Part shown: positions 46,701-55,583 of the stretch, one piece after another
Position numbering within the stretch: the stretch's first letter is position 1
Layout: every line of letters begins with the position of its first letter
Assembly (NCBI GenBank): GCA_947085095.1
Contig: CAMTVD010000018.1
Span: 1-64,000, forward strand
Length of the DNA stretch: 64,000 nucleotides
Origin: an uncultured Thermus sp.
GTDB lineage: Bacteria > Deinococcota > Deinococci > Deinococcales > Thermaceae
Reading direction: 5' to 3'
Notes under the pieces: generated by a model
Seen by the model: the letters and a program-made list of their open reading frames with translations, nothing else
Told to the model about the DNA's origin: nothing
The model's database searches: none
Made by a program: the position numbers and the translations under genes

Positions 46701-46889
46701 TCAAACCTCGTTTGCACACTTTGAATGGGGGACGGCGAACTCGGGCTGCCCCACCGTGTCCCAGCACTTCTGCAAGGTGCCGTCGGGCTCCACCACGAAC
46801 CCCTCGGGGTGGGCGGCCACGCACCCCTCAAGCTGAGCGGCGGGTTCCTGAAGGTTCACCACAGGTAGCTGTAACATCCCGTCTTGCAT
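46701..46889 (-). pseudogene. Chimeric remnant: putative peptide leader fused to a SPASM-domain fragment
   Basis: CVAAHPEGFVVEPDGTLQKCWDTVG matches the SPASM CxA...DGxxxKC motif; no radical SAM CxxxCxxC core remains. Confidence 0.65.
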
Positions 46890-46944
46890 GCTCTTGCACC
46901 CCTCTAGGCCATCCTCAGGCTGGCCTTAGGGTAGCAGAGGGGAG

Positions 46945-47005
46945 GTAACAGCCGCGTAACTCAGAAAGTTCTCATAGAGGCCCTTCGGCGTTACGTGGTT
47001 GTTAC
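46945..47005. promoter_or_regulatory. Inverted pair of GTAAC-N6-GTAAC boxes (candidate activator sites) upstream of an extended -10
   Basis: GTAACAGCCGCGTAAC (46945-46960) matches the reverse complement of 46990-47005 (GTAACAACCACGTAAC) at 14/16; TGCTACCCT on the - strand near 46928-46936. Confidence 0.65.
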
Positions 47006-48450
47006 GTAAGGTCCCATTCCCTCCTGAGCCTTTCCACCCGGGCCTGGACGAGGGGAAGGCGGGGGTCTTCGGGGGGAAGGACCTCCAGAAGGGCTTCCCA
47101 GACCTCCAGGTCCTCCCCCAGGCGCTCGGCCAGGAGGAAGAGGGGCTCCGGGTCCTGGGAGGCCAGGGCCGCGTGCCTCAGGGCCTCCTCCAGCTCCAGG
47201 CGGAGGGCTTCCACCCCGGGGGCCCGGCTTTGGGGCAGGAGGGAGCCCCGGTAGCGGGCCAGGGCCCCCCTCAGGTCCCCCTGGGAGAGGGCCTCCCCCA
47301 CCTCCAGGAAGTCCGCCGCCAGGGCCTGGGCCAGGCGGTAGGGGCGGCTTTCCACGGCAAGCCCCCGCCGCCTCAGGCGCAGGACCTCCATGCGCAGGGC
47401 GGGCCCGTTGGCCTCCCCGTAGAGGGCCTGGGCCAACTCCTCCCCCCTCCACCCCTCCCTTCGGGCCAGGAGGAGGACCAGGAGCTCCGCCTGGCGTAGG
47501 GGAAGGGGCTCTCCATTCATCCTGGGCTCCCCCAGGGCCTGGAACTGGGCCGGGGGACCTGCGGGCCAGAGGAGCGCCCGCCCCCTCCGGGAAAGCGCCC
47601 CCAGGAGGGGATGGGCCCTTCCCAGAAAGAGGAGGCCCCGCATGGCCTCCTCCGCTGCCTCCTCCAGGAGGAGGGGGAGGGCCTTGGCCACTCCTTCCCC
47701 GTCCCCCCGGTAAAGCCCCTGGGCCAGGGCGAGGAGGGCCTGGGGGAGCGCCTCCCTGGCCCAGGGCCTAGCGGCCTGGAGGAAGGGCAGAGCCTCCTTC
47801 CCCAGGAGGCGGGCCGCGGCGGGGGCCAGGTAGGGGAGGCTGGGCAGAGGGGCCTCCTCCAGGGCCTTCCGCAGGTAGGCCCGGGCGGTGGGCTCCTCTC
47901 CCTGGAGAAGGCGAAGGTGGGCCATGAGGAGGCGGGCGTAGAGCCCTGGGCCTCCCCCCAGGCTCAAAGGCTCCACCTGGCGGAGGAGATCGGGGAGGGA
48001 AGGCTCCTCCGCCGCGAGAAGGGCGAGCCAGGCCCACTCCAGGAGGGCGGAGGGGGTGAACCCCCGGGCATGGGCCAGGGCGGCGTAGTCCAGGGCCTCC
48101 CTCAGGCGGCCGAGCCGCCTCAAGGTGCGGGCCAGGGCCAGGGCGAGGCGGCCTTGGGCCTGGGGGTCCTCGGTGCGCCGAAGAGCCTCCTCCAGGGCCA
48201 GGGCGCCCGCCCTCGGGGGCAGGGCCAGGCCCAGGTGGTAGAGGGTGAGGGGGGTCTGTGCCCTCTGGGCGGCCTTTAGGGCCAGGGCACGGTAGGCCTG
48301 AAGGTTGCCCCGCCTCGCCTCCACGAAGCCCAGAAGGGCCAGGCGCTCCGCCTCCAAGGAGTCCTCCTGGGGCACAAGGAGGAGGGCCAAGGCCTCCTGG
48401 TCCTTGCCCATCTCTAGGAGGGCTATAGCCTGAGTTAGGGATTCCCCCAC
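47002..48450 (-). CDS. Transcriptional regulator: helical (TPR-like) N-terminus plus winged-helix/BTAD-like C-terminus
   Basis: ALGEP..NGEPL.LRQAELLVLL...EELAQALYGE....LRMEV.RLR...ESRPYRL...YRGSLLP. Confidence 0.75.
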   Translation of the reverse strand: MGESLTQAIALLEMGKDQEALALLLVPQEDSLEAERLALLGFVEARRGNLQAYRALALKAAQRAQTPLTLYHLGLALPPRAGALALEEALRRTEDPQAQGRLALALARTLRRLGRLREALDYAALAHARGFTPSALLEWAWLALLAAEEPSLPDLLRQVEPLSLGGGPGLYARLLMAHLRLLQGEEPTARAYLRKALEEAPLPSLPYLAPAAARLLGKEALPFLQAARPWAREALPQALLALAQGLYRGDGEGVAKALPLLLEEAAEEAMRGLLFLGRAHPLLGALSRRGRALLWPAGPPAQFQALGEPRMNGEPLPLRQAELLVLLLARREGWRGEELAQALYGEANGPALRMEVLRLRRRGLAVESRPYRLAQALAADFLEVGEALSQGDLRGALARYRGSLLPQSRAPGVEALRLELEEALRHAALASQDPEPLFLLAERLGEDLEVWEALLEVLPPEDPRLPLVQARVERLRREWDLT

Positions 48451-48836
48451 GCTCTCTCCTCAAGACCCCAGATCCTCCCGGGGGCCAGCTCCACCAGGTT
48501 GCCCGCGGGGTCCTGGGTGTAGAGGCTTTTCCCCCCGGGCCACTCGGCCCAGAAGACGGGGTAGCCCGCCCTCTTCAGGCGCTCTTCCCAGAGGGGAAGC
48601 TCTTCCTCTTCCACCCGGAAGGCCACGTGGACGCTCCCCCGGGCCCCGTGAGGGGGAAGGGCCTCCTCCTTCTCCGTGAGCTTGGGGTTGAAGACCAGGA
48701 AAACCCCTCGCCCCGCGCGGAAGAAGGCGTGCCGGGGAGGCTTGAACTGGAAGCAGGGGAGGCCCAGGACCCCCTCGTAAAAGGCCCGGGCCTTCTCCAG
48801 GTCCTCCGCGTAGACCGAGGTTTCCAGGACCTCCAC
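48435..48836 (-). CDS. VOC/glyoxalase family protein
   Basis: ETSVYAEDLEKARAFY, HVAF, DPAGNLVEL. Confidence 0.9.
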   Translation of the reverse strand: MEVLETSVYAEDLEKARAFYEGVLGLPCFQFKPPRHAFFRAGRGVFLVFNPKLTEKEEALPPHGARGSVHVAFRVEEEELPLWEERLKRAGYPVFWAEWPGGKSLYTQDPAGNLVELAPGRIWGLEERAWGNP

Positions 48837-49123
48837 TACTTGAGCCGGGCGATGAGGTCGGCCACGGGGATGGCCTCTAGGGTGGTGGTCTTGACGCTCC
48901 CCCTCGAGGCCAGGTGGAGCATGGCCCGGGCCACGGCCAGGCTGTCCTCAGCCTCCACGATGTTCACGAAGTCGTAGGGCCCCAGGACGGCATACTGGGC
49001 CACCACCTTGACCCCGAAGTCCCGCTCCAGCTCCCCATTCACCTCCTTGATGCGCTCGGGGTTCTTGACCAGGGTCTCGGCACCCTCGTCCGTCAGGGTG
49101 CTGAGCACGATATAGGTGGGCAT
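48836..49123 (-). CDS. GYD domain protein
   Basis: YIVLSTLTDEG...YAVLGPYDFV.IVEA. Confidence 0.88.
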   Translation of the reverse strand: MPTYIVLSTLTDEGAETLVKNPERIKEVNGELERDFGVKVVAQYAVLGPYDFVNIVEAEDSLAVARAMLHLASRGSVKTTTLEAIPVADLIARLK

Positions 49124-49148
49124 AGGTTCACCTCCTTTCCCCTTCAGC

Positions 49149-49715
49149 CTACCCCCCTTGGGGCTCTAGGTCAACCCCAGCGTAGATGGCTTCCACGGAA
49201 AGGGCTCCTTCCAGGCAGGGGAGGATAAGCTCCCCCGCCTCGAGGGCCTGGTGGAGCACCTCCTCCCCTTCCTTGCGGTAGAGCTCCACCAGGGGCCTTT
49301 CGGCGCTCACCAGGAGGTAGCCCTTTAGGGAAGGGAGGGAAAGATAGCGCCAGAGCTTTTCCCTCCGGTCCACGGCCTCCGTGCGGGGGAAGAGGACCTC
49401 CACCACCAGGCAGGGGGCTTCCTCGTAGAAGGGGTTTTCCGGGGGAGGGGCGCAGACCGCCATGAGGTCTGGGTAGTAGAAGGTGGCTTCCCCCACCTGC
49501 AGCTTCATGTCCGCCACGTAGAGGCGGCACCCCTTCCTGCGGGCCAGGGGATAGAGGAGGTAGTGGAGGTTGCTCACGAGGAGGTTATGGGCCCGGTTCG
49601 CCCCGGCCATGGCGTAGGGGACGCCCTCCAAAAGCTCGTGCTTCACTGGGGAGGAGGCCTCCAGCTCCAGGTACGCCTCAGGGGAAAGCCTGAGGAGCTT
49701 GGCGGGTTCGCCCAT
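49149..49715 (-). CDS. Uma2-family (PD-(D/E)xK) protein
   Basis: Start MGEPAK at 49715; AMAG..RAH, YYPDL, LVVEVL, DRREK...Y. Confidence 0.88.
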   Translation of the reverse strand: MGEPAKLLRLSPEAYLELEASSPVKHELLEGVPYAMAGANRAHNLLVSNLHYLLYPLARRKGCRLYVADMKLQVGEATFYYPDLMAVCAPPPENPFYEEAPCLVVEVLFPRTEAVDRREKLWRYLSLPSLKGYLLVSAERPLVELYRKEGEEVLHQALEAGELILPCLEGALSVEAIYAGVDLEPQGG

Positions 49716-51226
49716 CACTCCCATTCTATGGTGGCCGGGGGCTTGGAGGTGATGTCGTAGACCACCCGCCCGATCTCGGGCACCCGCCGGGTGATGCGCC
49801 TGGCCACCTCGTCCAGGAACTCCAGGGGGAGCCTGGCCCAGTCCGCGGTCATGAAGTCCTCGGTGGTCACGGCCCTGAGGGCCAGGACGTGCCCGTACCG
49901 CCTCTCGTCCCCCGCCACCCCCACGCTCTTTAGGGGCGTGAGGACGGTCAGGGCCTGGGCCACCTGCCCGTAAAGCCCCCACTCCTTGAGGAGGCTTATA
50001 AAGATGTCGTCCGCTTGCCTGAGGATGTGGAGCCCTTCCTCCGTGACCTCCCCCAGGAGGCGCACGGCGAGGCCGGGGCCGGGGAAGGGGTGGCGGAGGC
50101 GAATGGGGTCGGGAAGCCCCAGGAGGAGGGCCAGCTCCCGCACCTCGTCCTTGAAGAGAAGGCGGAAGGGCTCCAGGAGCTCAAACTCCAGGTCCTCGGG
50201 CAGACCCCCCACGTTGTGGTGGCTCTTGATCTTGGCCGCCCCGTGCCCGCCGGCGGACTCAATGACGTCGGGATAGAGGGTGCCCTGGGCCAGGAAGCGG
50301 AAAGGCCCCCGCTCCCTTGCCACCTGGCTGAAGACCTCCACGAACTCCCGCCCGATGATCTTGCGCTTTTCCTCGGGGTCCTCCACCCCCTTTAGCGCCT
50401 TCAGGAAGCGCTCCTTGGCCTCCACCACGAGGAGGTTCACCCCCAGGGCCCTCAAGGCTCCTTCCACCTCCTCCCTCTCCCCCAGGCGCAAAAGCCCGTG
50501 GTCCACGAAGACGGCCAGGTGGTCCACCCCCGCCCGGGCCAGGAGGAGGGCCAGGGTGGAGGAGTCCACCCCGCCGGAGACCGCCAGGAGGACCCGGTCC
50601 TTCCCCGCCTTCTCCCGCACCTCTTGGAGGAGGCCCTCGAGGATGTGCTCCGGGGTCCAGTCCCGGGGCACCTGGGCGATCTCCAGGAAGTTCTCCAGGA
50701 TCTGCATCCCCTTGGGGGTGTGGGCCACCTCGGGGTGGAACTGGACCCCGTAGAGGGGGGCTCCTTCGGCCTCCATGGCGGCCACGGGGTTCTCCTCGGT
50801 CGCCGCCGCCACCCGCCACCCCGGGGGAAGCTCGGTGACGGCATCGCTGTGGCTCATCCAGACCTGGACCTCCCCGGATACCCCCCGGAAGAGGGGCCCG
50901 GCGAAGCGGGTGAGGAGGGCCTTGCCGTACTCCGCCCGCCCGGCGCGCTCCACCTTGCCGCCGAGGCTCTGGGCCAGGAGCTGCATCCCGTAGCAGATGC
51001 CGAGGGTGGGTAGGCCTAGGCCCCAAAGCCTGGGGTCGGGCCTGGGGGCATCCTCCTCAAAGACGCTCTTGGGGCCGCCGGAGAGGATCAGGGCCTTTGG
51101 GCGGTGCTTCAGGATCTCTTCCAGGGATGCTGTGCCCGGCAGGATCAGGGAAAAGGCCCGGAGTTCCCGGAGCCTCCTGGCGATGAGCCGGGTATACTGG
51201 GAGCCGAAGTCCAGGACCACCACCAT
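49715..51226 (-). CDS. guaA: GMP synthase (glutamine-hydrolysing)
   Basis: [43 protein letters not shown]; start at ATG 51226. Confidence 0.98.
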   Translation of the reverse strand: MVVVLDFGSQYTRLIARRLRELRAFSLILPGTASLEEILKHRPKALILSGGPKSVFEEDAPRPDPRLWGLGLPTLGICYGMQLLAQSLGGKVERAGRAEYGKALLTRFAGPLFRGVSGEVQVWMSHSDAVTELPPGWRVAAATEENPVAAMEAEGAPLYGVQFHPEVAHTPKGMQILENFLEIAQVPRDWTPEHILEGLLQEVREKAGKDRVLLAVSGGVDSSTLALLLARAGVDHLAVFVDHGLLRLGEREEVEGALRALGVNLLVVEAKERFLKALKGVEDPEEKRKIIGREFVEVFSQVARERGPFRFLAQGTLYPDVIESAGGHGAAKIKSHHNVGGLPEDLEFELLEPFRLLFKDEVRELALLLGLPDPIRLRHPFPGPGLAVRLLGEVTEEGLHILRQADDIFISLLKEWGLYGQVAQALTVLTPLKSVGVAGDERRYGHVLALRAVTTEDFMTADWARLPLEFLDEVARRITRRVPEIGRVVYDITSKPPATIEWE

Positions 51227-51256
51227 ACGGCCCAGTCTACCCGTTAGCATGGGGGT

Positions 51257-51715
51257 ATGGCCGAGGTGGAGAGCTTCCAGCTGGACCACACCCAAGTCCA
51301 GGCCCCCTACGTGCGCCTGGCGGGCAGGAAGGCGGTGGGGAGCGGGGTGGTGGAGAAGTACGATCTGCGCCTGACGAGGCCCAACTGGGAGGCCCTCCCC
51401 ACGGGGGCCTTGCACACCCTGGAACACCTGCTGGCGGGCTACCTGCGGGACCACCTCCCCGGGGTCATTGACCTCTCCCCCATGGGGTGCCGCACGGGGT
51501 TTTACCTGGTGGCGGAGGGACCCCTGGGGGAGGAGGAGGTCCTGGTGGCCTTTGAGCGGGCCTTGAGGGATGTCCTCCTGCACCAGGGCCCCATCCCTGG
51601 GGCGAGCCTAAAGGAGTGCGGCAACTACCGGGACCACGACCTAAAGGGGGCCAAGGCCTGGGCGGAGAGGGTCCTCCGGGCGGGGCTTAGGGTCCAGCCC
51701 ACCATCCCCCTATGA
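51257..51715 (+). CDS. luxS: S-ribosylhomocysteine lyase
   Basis: [28 protein letters not shown]. Confidence 0.97.
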   Translation: MAEVESFQLDHTQVQAPYVRLAGRKAVGSGVVEKYDLRLTRPNWEALPTGALHTLEHLLAGYLRDHLPGVIDLSPMGCRTGFYLVAEGPLGEEEVLVAFERALRDVLLHQGPIPGASLKECGNYRDHDLKGAKAWAERVLRAGLRVQPTIPL

Positions 51716-52389
51716 CCGCCTTCTTCGCTGCCGAACCCGAGGAGGCCCAGGCCCTGCGGGAGGCCCTGGGGGCTGGGGTGGCCCTGGAGGCCCCCTTCCC
51801 CCTCCACCAGGGGAAGGGCCTTCTGGTGGCGGAGACGGGGGTGGGGAAGGTGGCCGCCGCCATGGCCGTGGCCTATGTCCTCGCCCGCTTCTCCCCCAAG
51901 GGGAGCTTCTTCCTGGGGGTGGCGGGGGCTTTGGACCCCGCCTTGAGGGCCCTGGACCTCCTCCTGGCGGAAAGGGCGGTGCAGTGGGACGTGGACCTCA
52001 CCCCCTTCGGCCGGGCTCCGGGAGAGACCGCTTTGGGGGTGCGCTTCTTCCCCTCGGACCCCAGGCTTCTCGCCCAGGCGGAGGCCGCGGCCCGGACCCT
52101 GGGCTTCCCCTTTAGGCGGGGCGTGGTGGCCACGGGGGACCGCTTCCTGGCGGACCGGGAGGAGGCCGGGAGGCTTCGCACCCTCCACGGGGCGGATGCG
52201 GTGGAGATGGAGGGGGCGGCCGCCCTCATGGTGGCCTTCCGCTTCCGCCACCCCATGGCCCTGGTGCGCATGGTTACCGATGGAGCGGGGGAGGAAGCGG
52301 CCTGGGACTTCCAGGCCTTCTTGAAGGAGGCCTCGAGGCGGCTTGGCCTCCTGGCCCAGGCCCTGGCCGCCTATACTGAGGAGGGATAG
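51712..52389 (+). CDS. mtnN: MTA/SAH nucleosidase
   Basis: GVGKVAAA, GVAG, TGDRF, VEMEGAA; coupled to luxS. Confidence 0.92.
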   Translation: MTAFFAAEPEEAQALREALGAGVALEAPFPLHQGKGLLVAETGVGKVAAAMAVAYVLARFSPKGSFFLGVAGALDPALRALDLLLAERAVQWDVDLTPFGRAPGETALGVRFFPSDPRLLAQAEAAARTLGFPFRRGVVATGDRFLADREEAGRLRTLHGADAVEMEGAAALMVAFRFRHPMALVRMVTDGAGEEAAWDFQAFLKEASRRLGLLAQALAAYTEEG

Positions 52390-52392
52390 GCC

Positions 52393-53316
52393 ATGGAAAT
52401 CCGGCTCTTTACGGGGAATGCCCACCCCGACCTGGCCCGGCGGGTGGCGGAGGCCCTGGGGGTGCCCTTGGGCCAGGCCCTGGTGGACCGCTTCCCTGAT
52501 GGGGAGGTGCGGGTAAGGCTTTTGGAGAGCGTCCGGGGGGACGACGTCTACCTGGTCCAGCCCACCTCTCCCCCGGTGAACGACCACCTCATGGAGCTCC
52601 TCCTCCTGGCGGATGCCGCCAGGAGGAGCTCCGCCGCCCGCATCAACGCCGTCATCCCCTACTTTGGCTACGCCCGCCAGGACAAGCAGACCCAGGGGCG
52701 CGAGCCCGTGAGCGCCAAGCTGGTGGCCAGTCTCCTGGAGCGGGTGGGAGTCCACCGGGTCATCGCCATTGACCTCCACGCCCCCCAGATCCAGGGGTTT
52801 TTTGACATCCCCGTGGACCACCTCTCGGCGGTGCGCCTTTTCGCCCGTTACCTGAAGGAGAAGGGGTACACGGAAAACGCCGTGGTGGTCTCCCCCGATG
52901 CCGGCAGGGCCGAGGAGGCCAGACGCCTCGCCGAGCGCCTGGGCCTTCCCCTGGCCATGCTGGCCAAGCGCCGCCACGGCCCCCGGGAGACCTCGGTGAC
53001 CTACGTGATCGGGGACGTGGAGGGGAAGAGGCCCCTCCTCATAGACGACATCGTCTCCACCGGGGGCACCATAAGGCGGGGGGTGGAGGCCCTGCTGGCG
53101 GCGGGAGCCCTGCCCGGAATCGTGGTCATGGCCACCCACGCCGTCCTGGTGGGGGAGGCCCGGGGGAACCTGGCCCATCCCGCCATAGGGGAAGTGGTCT
53201 TCACCGACACCATCCCCCTTAGGGACGGGGGGTACACCGTCCTCTCCACCGCCGAGCTTCTTGCCCAGGCCATCCGCCACGTGCACACCAACCAGTCCGT
53301 GAGCGCCCTCATCTAG
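52393..53316 (+). CDS. prs: Ribose-phosphate pyrophosphokinase
   Basis: FPDGE, PYFGYARQD, DLHAPQIQGFF, SPDAG, IDDIVSTGGT. Confidence 0.97.
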   Translation: MEIRLFTGNAHPDLARRVAEALGVPLGQALVDRFPDGEVRVRLLESVRGDDVYLVQPTSPPVNDHLMELLLLADAARRSSAARINAVIPYFGYARQDKQTQGREPVSAKLVASLLERVGVHRVIAIDLHAPQIQGFFDIPVDHLSAVRLFARYLKEKGYTENAVVVSPDAGRAEEARRLAERLGLPLAMLAKRRHGPRETSVTYVIGDVEGKRPLLIDDIVSTGGTIRRGVEALLAAGALPGIVVMATHAVLVGEARGNLAHPAIGEVVFTDTIPLRDGGYTVLSTAELLAQAIRHVHTNQSVSALI

Positions 53317-53369
53317 GGGTGTGGTACACTCTTCTTTGCGTGCCCCTATGGGGGGCTTAGGGAGGAGCC

Positions 53370-53987
53370 ATGGAGTATCGCTTGAAGGCGTTTTACCGCG
53401 AAGGGGAGAAGCCGGGGGCCCTTAGGCGGGCCGGGAAGCTTCCCGGGGTGATGTACAACAAGAGCCTGAACCGCAAGGTTTACGTGGAGCTTTCTGAGTT
53501 TGACAAGGTCTTCCGCCAAGCCTCCATCCACCACGTGATCGTTTTGGAGCTTCCCGATGGGGAGCTTCCCACCCTGGTGCGCCAGGTGAACCTGGATAAG
53601 AGGCGCCGCCGCCCCGAGCACGTGGACTTTTTCGTCCTTTCCGACGAACCCGTGGAGATGTACGTTCCCCTGCGCTTCGTGGGTACCCCCGTGGGCGTGC
53701 GGGAGGGTGGGGTGCTTCAGGAGGTGCGCCGCGACATCCTGGTCCGGGTCTCCCCCAGGAACATCCCCGAGTTCATTGAGGTGGACGTCTCTGGCCTAGA
53801 CATCGGGGATAGCCTCCACGCTGCCGACCTGAAGCTTCCCGAGGGGGTGAGGCTGGCCATCTCCCCGGAGGAGACCATCGCCGCCGTGGTGCCCCCGGAG
53901 GACGTGGAGAAGCTGGCGGCGGAGGCCATGGAGATGCCCGCCGAGCCCGAGGTCATCAAGAAGGGCAAGAAGGAGGAGGAAGCCTAA
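53370..53987 (+). CDS. rplY: 50S ribosomal protein L25/TL5 (CTC)
   Basis: LRRAGKLPGVMY, HVDF, GVREGG, acidic tail. Confidence 0.95.
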   Translation: MEYRLKAFYREGEKPGALRRAGKLPGVMYNKSLNRKVYVELSEFDKVFRQASIHHVIVLELPDGELPTLVRQVNLDKRRRRPEHVDFFVLSDEPVEMYVPLRFVGTPVGVREGGVLQEVRRDILVRVSPRNIPEFIEVDVSGLDIGDSLHAADLKLPEGVRLAISPEETIAAVVPPEDVEKLAAEAMEMPAEPEVIKKGKKEEEA

Positions 53988-54009
53988 CGCCGTCCCAATG
54001 GGGAAGAGT

Positions 54010-54042
54010 GGCGGCCGGGTCTTTGAGGCCGCCCCTTTTCTT
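54010..54042 (+). terminator. Hairpin between rplY and pth
   Basis: GGCGGCC...GGCCGCC followed by CCTTTTCTT. Confidence 0.55.
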
Positions 54043-54053
54043 GGAGATAGGAC

Positions 54054-55582
<1,529 letters not shown>

Positions 55583-55583
55583 G

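Noticed and set aside
46945..47005. GTAAC repeats as a mini-CRISPR array or IS/MITE ends
   Set aside because: Only two 16-bp arms in inverted orientation, with no repeat-spacer series, cas gene, transposase or target-site duplication.
49355..49410. Uma2 motif reads EVLFPRT instead of the usual EVLSPST
   Set aside because: A small deviation in a variable family with PD and E retained; too weak to call a pseudogene.
45049..49715. Possible genomic island integrated at the 3' end of guaA
   Set aside because: No integrase and no duplicated guaA 3' end (att site) was seen; most genes have host-like composition.
49715..51583. Long N-terminal extensions in the ORF track (guaA 622 aa, ABC ATPase 415 aa, Uma2 277 aa, thrC 412 aa, csaA 135 aa, ttuB 203 aa)
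   Set aside because: The extensions overlap other genes or tRNAs; downstream starts match the family N-termini and nearby -10 or coupling signals.
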